Assembly: GCA_964484655.1 (NCBI GenBank)
Contig: CAZAFA010000001.1
Location: forward strand, 97,518 to 161,517
Length of the DNA stretch: 64,000 nt
Reading direction: 5' to 3'
Source: an uncultured Candidatus Saccharibacteria bacterium
Lineage (GTDB): Bacteria > Patescibacteriota > Minisyncoccia > UBA6257 > 2-01-FULL-56-20
Shown here: in pieces, positions 54,862 through 64,000 of the stretch
Numbering within the stretch: the first letter of the stretch is position 1
How the letters are laid out: each line of letters opens with the position of its first letter
Translations under genes and position numbers: made by a program
Notes under the pieces: generated by a model
Told to the model about the DNA's origin: nothing
The model's database searches: none
Seen by the model: the letters and a program-made list of their open reading frames with translations, nothing else

Positions 54862-55706
54862 GGTACGTCCTCTTCGCAACCTCCCGCTTCGGCGCCCTGA
54901 CGCTCGAGGCGCTCGACGCCGCGGGCTTCCCGCCCGCTGCCGTCGTCTCGACGCCGGACCGTCCGGCGGGGAGAAAACAGGAGCTCTCCCCCACCCCGGC
55001 GAAGGTCGCTGCCCAGCGGCTCGGCATCCCCGTGCTCGACCCGGAGCGGCTCGCCGACATCCACGAGGAGCTCCGCGCCCTCGGCGCCGACGTGTTCGTC
55101 GTGGCCTCGTTCGGGCGCATCCTCAAGCCGGAACTCGTGGCGATCCCGCCGAAGGGCGTGGTGGGCATCCATCCGTCCCTCCTGCCGCTCTACCGCGGTC
55201 CCGCGCCGATCCAGCAGGCCGTCCTCGACGGCGTCGCCGAGACGGGCGTGACTCTCTTCCTCGTGGACGACGATTCGGTCGATCACGGCCCGGTGATCGC
55301 GCACGAGCGGACCGACGTGCCTGATGGCGAGACCCTGCTCGAGCTCGAAGCCCGTCTCGCGCAGCTCGGCGCCTCGATGGCTGCAGAGTATCTTCCCCGC
55401 TACGTCGCAGGCGCGATCGTGCCGCATGCGCAGGACCACGAGCGCGCGACCTTCACGCGGAAGTTCTCGAGCGCGGACGGCTTCGTACCCCTGGAGGACC
55501 TGCGGGCCGCATGTGGCGGCGACGGGGAGCAGGCGCGCGCGATCCGTCGCAGGATAAACGCGTTCACGCCCGAGCCGGGCGCCTGGACCGAGCGCGACGG
55601 CGCGCGGATCAAGCTGCTGGCCGCGGACATCCGCGACGGGAAGGTCCGCATCACCCGCTACCAGAAGGCGGGCAAGCTGCCGCAGGACGGGGTCCTGGAA
55701 ATCTAG
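54858..55706 (+). CDS. fmt: Methionyl-tRNA formyltransferase
   Basis: PDRPAGR, HPSLLPLYRGPAPIQ, DHGPVI; follows def. Confidence 0.95.
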   Translation: MRYVLFATSRFGALTLEALDAAGFPPAAVVSTPDRPAGRKQELSPTPAKVAAQRLGIPVLDPERLADIHEELRALGADVFVVASFGRILKPELVAIPPKGVVGIHPSLLPLYRGPAPIQQAVLDGVAETGVTLFLVDDDSVDHGPVIAHERTDVPDGETLLELEARLAQLGASMAAEYLPRYVAGAIVPHAQDHERATFTRKFSSADGFVPLEDLRAACGGDGEQARAIRRRINAFTPEPGAWTERDGARIKLLAADIRDGKVRITRYQKAGKLPQDGVLEI

Positions 55707-55753
55707 ATGCGACAACGCCCCGGTGATGCCGGGGCGTCTTGATGTCGTTCGTG

Positions 55754-56218
55754 CTAATGCACGCTTGCGGGTGGCGAGACAGGCTTCGCCGCGCCGACTA
55801 CGAAATACCGTGACGGAAGCTCTTCTATCGGGACGCGCTTCACGCAATACTCGACCTTCGAGAAGGTCAGCGTGAGCAGGACCGCTTCGGTCTCCGTGAT
55901 GGGCATCACGAGATGGATCGGCTTGTCGCCGGGAATCCCGGTCTCAGCCAGGAACCATCGCGCGAGTTCCTGCCGCAGCGGCAGTCCCTCGTGAAACGAC
56001 TCGCCTATGGCGTGCCGCATCTCTGAGATGGTAACCGGCGGCTTCTCGCCGAAGACGTCCGTGGACGGGTAGATCCCTATCCGTTTGAAGAGTTCGGGAA
56101 GCGGCGGCGGTGTTGCCGGTCGGTTCTCGTTGCGCGAAGAGAGATTCTCAAGCACGCGTTCCTGAGTTCTTTCATAGTCGGCTGCCAGGCTGACGCCTGA
56201 ACCCGAGTTGTCTGTCAT
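55754..56218 (-). CDS. Hypothetical protein (stand-alone unit)
   Basis: GGAGG SD before ATG 56218; atypical codon usage. Confidence 0.6.
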   Translation of the reverse strand: MTDNSGSGVSLAADYERTQERVLENLSSRNENRPATPPPLPELFKRIGIYPSTDVFGEKPPVTISEMRHAIGESFHEGLPLRQELARWFLAETGIPGDKPIHLVMPITETEAVLLTLTFSKVEYCVKRVPIEELPSRYFVVGAAKPVSPPASVH

Positions 56219-56282
56219 AATTATATCCTCCACAAGGGGTTTTAAAATCCGCTGGGTAAGCGGGGCTGGTGCCGTTCTCTAT

Positions 56283-59200
56283 TTAGCCTCGCGGGAACTT
56301 CCCAGTCAAGATGTCGTCCTCGAACCGCGCGATGCCGTCGGCGTTTTTCGGGTACGCGGAGATGTCCGGGAACGTGAGCGAGGTCACGAGCCCGTGCACT
56401 TCCTGCGCGAGTCGCGCGACCCGGTCCACCTCGTCCTGACGAAGATCGTCGAGCACGAGGTCGCGGATCGCGCCCTCGCCGTCCGGCACGACGAACGTGA
56501 GCTTGGCCTCCTTCACCGGCTTGCCGGCGAAGCGCGGCGACTGCTGCGCGAGGATCGCATAGAACAGGAGCTGGCGGCGGTTGGCGATGCGGGTGAGCTC
56601 CTTCCCCTTGTCGTCCCAGTCCCCCGCCGTGCCGGTCTTGTAGTCGATGATGACGAGGCCGTCCTCGTCCTCGCGGATCACGTCGGCCTTGCCGGTGAGG
56701 CGAGCCTGCCCGAGCGCGATGCGGTCGCGCGCGAAGCTGACCTCGACGTGCGTCGCGTTCCGCAGCTCGTCCGCCCTCTGCTCGACGAACGCAGCGATCG
56801 CGGCGGTGCCGAGGGCGAGGTGCTCGTCGAGCTCCTTGCCGAAGAACTTCTGCGCCTCGAGATGATCGCGCACGAGTGTCTCCGTCTCATTCCGATCGGG
56901 CAGAGGCTTATCCTGCTGGACGCGGACCGCGAGCCGCTCCAGGACGGCGTGCATGGCGTTCCCGAATCGCATGTGCGCGGTCTGGTGCTGCGGGAACCGG
57001 AGGAGGTGCTGCTCGAAGAAGAGCTCCGGCCCGCAGTGCGCGATGTCGAGGAAGTCGTTGAGCTGGGTCGGGCCGAGCTGAAAGTCAGCGACGAGCCCGC
57101 GGAGCGCCTCGCGCTCCCCCGCGCTCACCGGCTGCGCCTGCTCCTGCCAGGCCAGTCGCTCGCGTGCCTTCGCGGGCGGCGGGAGGCGCTGCGGCAGCTC
57201 GCCGAGGAGCGGCAGCGGCTCGCCCTGCTGCTTCCCCTCGCCGGGAGAGGTCGCGAGGTACAGCTCGCGCTTGGCGCGGGTCACGGCCACGTAAAGGTTC
57301 CGCAGCTGGTCGTCGAAGGAGTCGCCGGGCGGCGCGATCGGCAGGTTCTCGGGGAAGGCGATCTTCTCGCCGCGCCCGCGCCCGTGCCAGACGTCCGTGG
57401 CGCTGTGGAGGAGGACCACGACCTCGAACTCGCGGCCCTTCGCCTTGTGCGCGGTCAGGAGCTGTACCGCGGCAGCGGCTCCGGGTATGCGGGTCGGGAC
57501 CGGCTCGCGGTGCTCGCGGCGCAGGTCGGCGAAGCGCACGAAGTCGGCGAGCAGCGACTCGCTCCCCCGCCGGGAGCCGGCGAACGTCGCGAGGACGCCC
57601 CGCAGGGCGCCGACGAAGGCGAGGAGGCGCTCCGGGTATTCCGCGCGCTCCTCGGGCGTGACGTAGTGCGCGCGGAAGGGGCTCACGCGCCCGTCGGGCG
57701 TCGGACAGGTGCCCATCAGCTCGTCGAGAAGCTGGCTCGCCGAAACGTCCTTCGCGCGGAGGCCGACCTCGATGAGCAGGTCGCCCGCGTCGCGGATCGC
57801 CTGCTCCTCGCTCTCGCGCATGAGGTCTATCCAAGGACGCTTCTGCGCGTACGCCTCGCGTGAGAGCTTCCAGAGCGCGAGACGCGGGATACTCCAGAAA
57901 TCGAACGCTAGGACGCGCGGCAGGAGCGGGTCGGCCTTCCCGGGATCCTCGGCGAGCGCGACCGCGGCGCGCGCGGTCTCGATGAGCTCGACGACGTGCC
58001 GGTCCGCGAGGGCGTCGCGCTGGCGCTCGTAGCTCACCGGGATGCCGGCTTCGGCGAGGTGCGGCGCGAGCGCGTCGAGGTCCCGGTTGCGCCTCCCGAT
58101 GACGGCTATCTCCCCGGCGGGCACGCCCGCTGCAAGCCGCTCCTGCACGACCGCCACGACGGCGTCGCGCTCGTGCTCGCGCGTCGTCGCCGGAATCGCG
58201 ACGATGGCGGGATCGGCCACGGTTCCTCCCTGCGTGAGCGTCTTCGAGAGGCCGGGCATCCGCCCTTCGAGGCGCTCCTTTGCCGCGGCGATGTGGCTGC
58301 GCGCGAGGTCGAGGATGCGCTGGTGCGAGCGGTAGTTGACCGTCATGGTCACGACCGTCGCTTTCGGGTACCGCTCCAGGAAGCCGAGTATGTGGCTGAT
58401 CTCGGCGCCGTGGAAGCGGTATATGGCCTGGTCGTCGTCGCCGACCACCATGAGGTTCGGATTCCCTTCCGCCACGGGGCTGTCCGCGACGAGCGCGAGG
58501 AGCTCGGCCTGCGCGCCGTTGGTGTCCTGGTACTCGTCGACGAGGATGTACTGGTACTCCTCCTGGAGCTCGGCGCGCAGGTCCGGCTCGGTCCGCAGCG
58601 CGCTGACGAGGTCTACGATCAGGTCGTCGAAGTCGCGGAGCCCCCGCTCGGCGAGGAGCTGCTGGTACGTGCGGTACACCTGCGCGAGCGAGCGCAGCTT
58701 CGGCAGCTGCAGGCGCGACTTCAGGCCCGCTCCCTTCGGCTGGAGGGTCGCGCGCTTCCATGCCGAGACCGGCTCGGTGCTGTCCCCCGACTCGGCGTCG
58801 ATGATCGCGCCCTCGAGCGAGCGAGCGAGCGCGGTCGCGAGGTCCGGGTACGCCTTGAGCGGGAACGCGTCGCGCGGGAGATTGCGGATCGCGTCGGCCG
58901 CCTCCGCGTACGCGCGGAAGGCCTTCTTCGAGACCTTCTCCTGCATGAGCGGCGCGAGCGCCTCCTCGATGCGCGGCAGCAGCGCCTCGTTGTGATCGAG
59001 GATGCGGTAAAGCGTGTCGGAGTCGATGCCCGCCTTCTTCAGGTCGGTGATGCGCTGCACCGCGGCGCGGAGGTACACGAGCCCCTCGCTCGGGTGTTCA
59101 ACGCGGAGCGGATCGCGCAGCGGGAGCGCGCGGATCGCCTCGGCGACGAGCTCGAGCTGCTCGACCGCCTCCGCGGGATCGAGGCTCGCGCCGCCGCTGA

Positions 59201-59516
59201 AGTACGCCGGGTACTGCTCCGCGACCTGCTGCGCGAACGCGTGGAACGTGCCGATCTGCACGCGGTACGCGTCGGTGCCGATGAGCCCCGCGAGCCGGGC
59301 GCGCATGTTGCTCGCCGCGGCGTCGGTGAAGGTCAGGCAGAGGATGCTCGTCGGGCCGGCGTCGGTCTCCTGCAGGATGCGGGCGACGCGGAGGGCGAGG
59401 ATCTCGGTCTTCCCGCTTCCAGGCCCGGCGACGACGAGGACCGCGCCCTCGATCGTGTCGACCGCGCGCTTCTGCTCGGCGTTGAGTTGCCGGTACCGCT
59501 CCGGGAAGGAGTCCAT
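56283..59516 (-). CDS. UvrD/PcrA-like SF1 helicase with C-terminal PD-(D/E)XK nuclease (AddA/Adn-like)
   Basis: AGPGSGKT, VDEYQDTN, VGDDDQAIY, YVAVTRAK, IIDYKTG. Confidence 0.92.
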   Translation of the reverse strand: MDSFPERYRQLNAEQKRAVDTIEGAVLVVAGPGSGKTEILALRVARILQETDAGPTSILCLTFTDAAASNMRARLAGLIGTDAYRVQIGTFHAFAQQVAEQYPAYFSGGASLDPAEAVEQLELVAEAIRALPLRDPLRVEHPSEGLVYLRAAVQRITDLKKAGIDSDTLYRILDHNEALLPRIEEALAPLMQEKVSKKAFRAYAEAADAIRNLPRDAFPLKAYPDLATALARSLEGAIIDAESGDSTEPVSAWKRATLQPKGAGLKSRLQLPKLRSLAQVYRTYQQLLAERGLRDFDDLIVDLVSALRTEPDLRAELQEEYQYILVDEYQDTNGAQAELLALVADSPVAEGNPNLMVVGDDDQAIYRFHGAEISHILGFLERYPKATVVTMTVNYRSHQRILDLARSHIAAAKERLEGRMPGLSKTLTQGGTVADPAIVAIPATTREHERDAVVAVVQERLAAGVPAGEIAVIGRRNRDLDALAPHLAEAGIPVSYERQRDALADRHVVELIETARAAVALAEDPGKADPLLPRVLAFDFWSIPRLALWKLSREAYAQKRPWIDLMRESEEQAIRDAGDLLIEVGLRAKDVSASQLLDELMGTCPTPDGRVSPFRAHYVTPEERAEYPERLLAFVGALRGVLATFAGSRRGSESLLADFVRFADLRREHREPVPTRIPGAAAAVQLLTAHKAKGREFEVVVLLHSATDVWHGRGRGEKIAFPENLPIAPPGDSFDDQLRNLYVAVTRAKRELYLATSPGEGKQQGEPLPLLGELPQRLPPPAKARERLAWQEQAQPVSAGEREALRGLVADFQLGPTQLNDFLDIAHCGPELFFEQHLLRFPQHQTAHMRFGNAMHAVLERLAVRVQQDKPLPDRNETETLVRDHLEAQKFFGKELDEHLALGTAAIAAFVEQRADELRNATHVEVSFARDRIALGQARLTGKADVIREDEDGLVIIDYKTGTAGDWDDKGKELTRIANRRQLLFYAILAQQSPRFAGKPVKEAKLTFVVPDGEGAIRDLVLDDLRQDEVDRVARLAQEVHGLVTSLTFPDISAYPKNADGIARFEDDILTGKFPRG

Positions 59517-59541
59517 GGCCCGATTCTACCCTACCGGAGCA

Positions 59542-60552
59542 CTAGCCGATGAGCGCGCGAGCCAGGGTCACGTATTCCGTGATCCAGGCGAGGCCCGTGA
59601 TCACGACCAGGACGCCGATGCCGTTGAGGATCAGACGCGGATGGCGGATATGCGCCTTCACGAACACCTTGAGCAGGACCGCGAGCGCGACAAGCGTCGC
59701 CAGGAGCGCATAGAAGAACTGGAGCGAACGCTTTGTGGGGAGCGGGACTGATGTCTGCTCCGGCGCCTGGGCCTGAGCAACCGCGATCGGCAGCGGCGTC
59801 ATGGCGAGCGGTTCGGTGGACGAGACGGCTGCAGGCGCGGTCGTGCTCGCGGCGGGCGCGGCTACGGTCGCCTGCGGAAGCACCTTCGGCTTCACCGCTG
59901 CGGCGACCTTCTGTGGTACAGTGGCGTGCTTCGGCGCGGGCGGCTGGACCGTCGGGGTCTCAAGTTCGGCAGCCTTCGCGACCGGCGCGAACGTCGCCGG
60001 GGTCCCGAACATCTGGACGACGTAGACGGCCTCCCGCCCCTTGTACGTGCCGACGGCGGTGGCGATGCCGATCTCGGTGTACTTCGGGCTGAGGATGTTC
60101 GCGCGGTGCGCGGGCGAGGCCATCCAGGCCGAGGTGACGTCCGAGGAGTCGACGAAGTTGACCGCGAGGTTCTCCCCCGCCACCCGGTAGACGTAGCCTG
60201 CCGAGCGGATCCAGTCCCAGGGCTGCGATCCGTCCGGGCTCTGGTGCGCGAAGTATCCCTTCGCGGCCATGTCGCTGGCCTTCGCCTGCGCGGCGCGCAC
60301 GAGGATCGGGTTCACCGTCAGGCCGCCGAGCCCCTGCTCTACACGCTGGGCGTTCGACTGCGAGACGAGGACCGACGTCGAGATGTCGCCCATCAGGGAG
60401 CGGCCGCCAACCTGCCAGTACTGGCCGAGGAAGAGCACCTGGCCGATCACCGCTATGGCGATGAGGCCGAACGCCATCTCGGTGCGCAGGAAGTACGGCC
60501 GGTGATCGTTCTCCGGGTGCGGGACGAAGTACCGCTTGAACGTCCGCGTCAT
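59542..60552 (-). CDS. CAP/SCP-domain membrane protein
   Basis: KGYFAH, AGENLA, WMASPAHRANIL, VVQMFG. Confidence 0.9.
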   Translation of the reverse strand: MTRTFKRYFVPHPENDHRPYFLRTEMAFGLIAIAVIGQVLFLGQYWQVGGRSLMGDISTSVLVSQSNAQRVEQGLGGLTVNPILVRAAQAKASDMAAKGYFAHQSPDGSQPWDWIRSAGYVYRVAGENLAVNFVDSSDVTSAWMASPAHRANILSPKYTEIGIATAVGTYKGREAVYVVQMFGTPATFAPVAKAAELETPTVQPPAPKHATVPQKVAAAVKPKVLPQATVAAPAASTTAPAAVSSTEPLAMTPLPIAVAQAQAPEQTSVPLPTKRSLQFFYALLATLVALAVLLKVFVKAHIRHPRLILNGIGVLVVITGLAWITEYVTLARALIG

Positions 60553-60622
60553 GCCTAAATAATAGGACAAATCGTGAAAAGAGCAATGCCCCGAGACGGG
60601 GCATTGCTCGGAACCGGTCTCC

Positions 60623-62074
60623 CTAGGGGAGCTGCGGGACCTGGTTGAGGTCGGCGCACGCCAGGTTGTTGATCTTCGCCTGCGTGGTCTTGTAGACGAC
60701 GCCGCTCGGGGTCGCGGAAGCCATCAGGCCGAGGCGTACCCAGGGCATGAGGATGTCCTCCGCGTACTTCTGCTGGAACGCCATGACCGCGGTCCGTGTC
60801 AGGCCCCCGAAGACGCCAGTGACCGGCAGACCCGTTCCTTCGCGCTCGTTGAGGAAGCCCTGGAGCGCGAGCACTTGGTCGCGCGGGTTCTGCGCGCCCA
60901 TGCGCAGGTAGCTGGTGATTAGCGCGCTGCAGGCGGTAGTCGCGCCAAGGACTTCGCCCTCGGTGGAAGTGCCAAGAACCTGGCCAGGAACGGAGCTTCC
61001 CGACCTGCCGTTGCGTGCAGGATTCTCTGGTTGCGTGCTGGTCGTCGTGGTCGTGGTCTCGTCATCCCCGCCCTCCTCGTCATCGCCCTGCTGGGCGGTG
61101 TAGGTAAGCGTGCAGGAGAGCTCCTGACCGTCCGTCTCCGCCGTTCCGGAACAGGTCGCGCCGAGGTCGTAGCCCTCGACGGTGCTGCCGGTGACGAGGT
61201 AGGCGCCAAGCGGCAGATTATTGATTACGGTGCCACTCACGCTTCCCGGGAAACTTGAGCCGAAGTCTGAGCCAGTGACCGTTACGAGAGCGTCAGAAGA
61301 CGTTCCCGTTCCACCGACGAACTGGACGTAGACGGTGAGTCGCGCGTAGTCCGGATCAGGATCACCTTCCTCGTCATCTCCGCCTTCAGCGTCCTGGGTC
61401 AGGACGATCGTGCAGCTGGCGTTCGCGCCTACGGCAAGCGTGCCTGAGCAGTCGTTGCTGGTGACGGTGTATCCCGCAGGACCCGAGGTCTTGGCGATGC
61501 TGTAGCTGCCTGCCGTCAGTACGATCGCGGTCCCGCTCGCGTTACCCGCGAACGAGGATGGCGACGAGCTCGCGTTAGTAACTGCAAACTGGAAGTCGCT
61601 CGCTGCTGCGGGTGTGCCCGTCGTATTCACGACGGAAACTGTCGCGAGTAGGTTCGCCTCGGTCGGCTCCGGCTCAGACGAGCCGATGCAGACCTGAAGT
61701 GTGGTGCTGGCCTTCACCGAGTTCGCGTTACTGCTCGGATGCAGCTTGATCGTGACCGTGTACGTGCCCGAGGACGCGTACGTATGCGTGCCGGAATAGG
61801 TGTAGGGCTTGCTGTTGCCGGTGCCATTGAACGACCCGATGTTGCCGCTGGTTGTCCCGTCGCCCCAGTTGATGGTGACTGCATTGTTATTGCCGTTGAC
61901 GGTTCCCGCGCCGGCGATCGTGACCGCGTTCTCGAGGGTTGTCGGGCAGGAGTAGCTCGCGATCCCGTTCACCGTGCCGATCGCGATCGTCTCGGCCGCG
62001 GACGCGTACCGCGGAGCCATGACGAACGCGAGGGTAAGGGCGAGACCCGCGCTGATGATCTTGTGTGTCTTCAT
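60623..62074 (-). CDS. Secreted surface protein: PKD/Ig-like domains and C-terminal peptidoglycan-binding domain
   Basis: Signal peptide, INWGDG...HTYASSGTY, acidic linkers, VLG repeats, LQGFLN...TGVFGGLTRTAVMAFQ. Confidence 0.8.
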   Translation of the reverse strand: MKTHKIISAGLALTLAFVMAPRYASAAETIAIGTVNGIASYSCPTTLENAVTIAGAGTVNGNNNAVTINWGDGTTSGNIGSFNGTGNSKPYTYSGTHTYASSGTYTVTIKLHPSSNANSVKASTTLQVCIGSSEPEPTEANLLATVSVVNTTGTPAAASDFQFAVTNASSSPSSFAGNASGTAIVLTAGSYSIAKTSGPAGYTVTSNDCSGTLAVGANASCTIVLTQDAEGGDDEEGDPDPDYARLTVYVQFVGGTGTSSDALVTVTGSDFGSSFPGSVSGTVINNLPLGAYLVTGSTVEGYDLGATCSGTAETDGQELSCTLTYTAQQGDDEEGGDDETTTTTTSTQPENPARNGRSGSSVPGQVLGTSTEGEVLGATTACSALITSYLRMGAQNPRDQVLALQGFLNEREGTGLPVTGVFGGLTRTAVMAFQQKYAEDILMPWVRLGLMASATPSGVVYKTTQAKINNLACADLNQVPQLP

Positions 62075-62203
62075 ACCTATGGTGGAAATGGTTGTACCGG
62101 GCTCCCGTGAGCCTGCAGATAAAACCTAACCATCCCCGCCATTACGGGTCAATGAAGCCTGTGCCTTACCGGTGTGTTGTCGGATTGCACCGCAGGAACA
62201 GTC

Positions 62204-63841
62204 CTATTTCATATGGCTCTGCGCGAAGGCCCAGTCCCCGCGGACCTTCTTGCCGGGATTGAATATCCCCTGCGGGTCCCAGATGTCCTTGGTTCGCTCG
62301 AAGAGCGCCATCATCTCGGGACCGAACTGGCGCTCCACGAACCGGGTCCGGATCAGGCCGTCGTTGTGCTCGCCGGACGTCGATCCGCCGAAGGCGAGCG
62401 TGAGCTCGACCGCCTCTTCCTGCAGCTTGTACATCGCCTCGCGCGCTTCGGGGTCGTGCAGGTTCATGAGCGGGATGATGTGGAAGTTCCCGTCGCCGAC
62501 GTGTCCCGCGATCGTGTACGTCATCTTGCTCGCGTACCGCTCCATCAGCTTCTCGAGCTGCGGCATGAACTCGGAGAGGTCCTCGACGCGTACGACGAGG
62601 TCGTCGATGAAGGGCGCCGTCTGGCGGTCGCGGACGTGCTCGCGCAGGAGCGAGAAGCTCTCGCGCCTGATCGCCCAGTACTTGTTCGCCTCGCCGCCGC
62701 TGCCCGCGGCGCGATAGCGGAATCCCTGCGCGCGCAGCATGGCCTGCAGCGCGTCGGAACGCTTCCTCAGGTCGCTCTCAGAGTAGTCGGCGAGCTCCAC
62801 GAGCACCGTCAGGCGCGGCAGGCCGTGCAGAAGCACCGAGAAGGCCTCCGGCACGAAGCGCGCGGCGAGGCCGAAGAGGCCCGTACCGAGGTGACGCGCG
62901 AGTACCGGGATGAAGCGGATCGCGAGCCCGAGCGTATGGTTGTCGAAGGACTCGAGGCTCTCCGGCTCGAACGCCAACAGGTCGTGCACGAAATGCGCGA
63001 TATGGCGCTCGTCGTCGAGGAAGACGACGGTCAGCGCGGTGTACGGCTTCGGCCGCTCGAGGCGGAGCTTCGCGTCGGTGACGAGGCAGAGCGTGCCCTG
63101 CGAGCCGACCACGACCTGGGTGAGGTCGAAGGTCTCCGTCTCGGGATCGTAGACGTCCCAGAGGTCGTACCCGGATGAGTTCTTGGTGACCCGGGGCCTT
63201 CCCTCGCGGATGGCGCGCTGGTTCTCCATGACGAGCGCGTGCATGTCGCGGTACAGCTCCCCTTCCCGGTTCTGCTGCGCGAGCTTCTCGGCGAGCTCCT
63301 TCTTGCCGAGCTTTCGCAGCTCGACGGCCGAGCCGTCGTCGAGGACCACGTCGAGGCGCTCTACGTACCGGTTCGTCTTCCCGTAGGCGAGGTTCTTCTC
63401 GCCCCCGGCGTTGTTCGCGATCATGCCGCCGAGCGCGCATATGTTCTTCGACGCCGGATAGCTGGGATAGAACCAGCCGCTGCCGGCGAGCCGCTTCTCG
63501 AGGTCGCGGTAGAAGGCGCCGGGCTGGACATGCACGTCCTTCCCGCCCTTGTACGCGATGTGGTTGAGCTTGGCGCAGTCCACCTGGATCGACGCCGTGA
63601 GGGATCCCCCGCTCATGCAGGTGCCACCTGCGCGCGCGGTCAGCGAGACGGGCACGCCCTTCCGCCGCACGTTCGCCACCGCCTTCACGGCCGCGGCGAG
63701 GTCCGCGGCGTCCTCCGGCACGAAGACGGCGCGAGGCGTCACCTTGAAGAGCGAGGCGTCCGTGCTGTGCGACTCGAGCGTTCCCTTGTCCTCGAGCACC
63801 TTGCCGCGCACCGCGGCCCTGAGGAAGGCGAGATCTACCAT
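62204..63841 (-). CDS. FAD-binding oxidoreductase (D-lactate dehydrogenase/GlcD-like)
   Basis: RAGGT, GGMIANNAGG, GSQGTL, GHVGDGNFH, GEHNDG, FNPGK. Confidence 0.9.
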   Translation of the reverse strand: MVDLAFLRAAVRGKVLEDKGTLESHSTDASLFKVTPRAVFVPEDAADLAAAVKAVANVRRKGVPVSLTARAGGTCMSGGSLTASIQVDCAKLNHIAYKGGKDVHVQPGAFYRDLEKRLAGSGWFYPSYPASKNICALGGMIANNAGGEKNLAYGKTNRYVERLDVVLDDGSAVELRKLGKKELAEKLAQQNREGELYRDMHALVMENQRAIREGRPRVTKNSSGYDLWDVYDPETETFDLTQVVVGSQGTLCLVTDAKLRLERPKPYTALTVVFLDDERHIAHFVHDLLAFEPESLESFDNHTLGLAIRFIPVLARHLGTGLFGLAARFVPEAFSVLLHGLPRLTVLVELADYSESDLRKRSDALQAMLRAQGFRYRAAGSGGEANKYWAIRRESFSLLREHVRDRQTAPFIDDLVVRVEDLSEFMPQLEKLMERYASKMTYTIAGHVGDGNFHIIPLMNLHDPEAREAMYKLQEEAVELTLAFGGSTSGEHNDGLIRTRFVERQFGPEMMALFERTKDIWDPQGIFNPGKKVRGDWAFAQSHMK

Positions 63842-64000
63842 GCGAAGCAGGCGGTGAGGCGCTCCAGGTTCGCCTGGTCGGGGCCCATGTTCTCGAGCCC
63901 GGGCACCTCGAGCATCCACGCCGCGTGCGCGAGCCTGCCGCACTGCGCGAGCGCCTGGAAGCCGGCAAGGCCGATGTGCCCGTCCCCGATGTTCTCGTGC
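63835..64000 (-). CDS. nfo: Endonuclease IV, C-terminal part
   Basis: Hand translation HENIGDGHIG...WMLEVPG... Confidence 0.85.
   Translation of the reverse strand, partial: HENIGDGHIGLAGFQALAQCGRLAHAAWMLEVPGLENMGPDQANLERLTACFAW

Noticed and set aside
1-64000. Alternative genetic code (UGA=Gly, as in Gracilibacteria)
   Set aside because: Conserved genes such as dnaK, dnaB, secD and def end at TGA at the expected lengths.

Overview
A high-GC (about 65-70% by eye), gene-dense chromosomal window that looks like a Patescibacteria/CPR genome, probably Parcubacteria. The evidence is a short HrcA, a split ComEC, a CPR-type sigma70-r4/HARE-HTH protein next to TraD/VirD4-like ATPases, and CAP and peptidoglycan-binding surface proteins; the taxonomy is inferred. 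Most genes are housekeeping: rpsP, khpA, radC, pepA, ychF, secA, recR-dnaB-cysS, CIRCE-hrcA-grpE-dnaK-dnaJ, tRNA-Lys, secDF, trmD, comEC, ftsW-murG, gltX, rarA, rpmA, rplI, ctpA, def-fmt, a UvrD-nuclease and nfo. No CRISPR array, integrase or transposase is visible. The most interesting signals are non-coding or too small for the ORF track. (1) Two promoter/leader-peptide/terminator units (5219-5407 and 7245-7412) have 1:2/2:3/3:4 attenuator pairing and related peptides (SR..C..A[VI]FA.L), a candidate new family of ribosome-dependent attenuators. (2) There are further promoter-structured RNA-terminator units at 8799-9093 and one convergent with a NYN nuclease gene. (3) A near-identical OmpR-type direct-repeat/-10 cassette sits upstream of an orphan histidine kinase and an orphan response regulator 13 kb apart. 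(4) A low-GC cassette-like island (24.8-28.7 kb) has junction repeats and two frameshifted genes. (5) A switch-like leader precedes a secreted lysozyme-like gene. All structures were read by eye; nothing was computed or searched.
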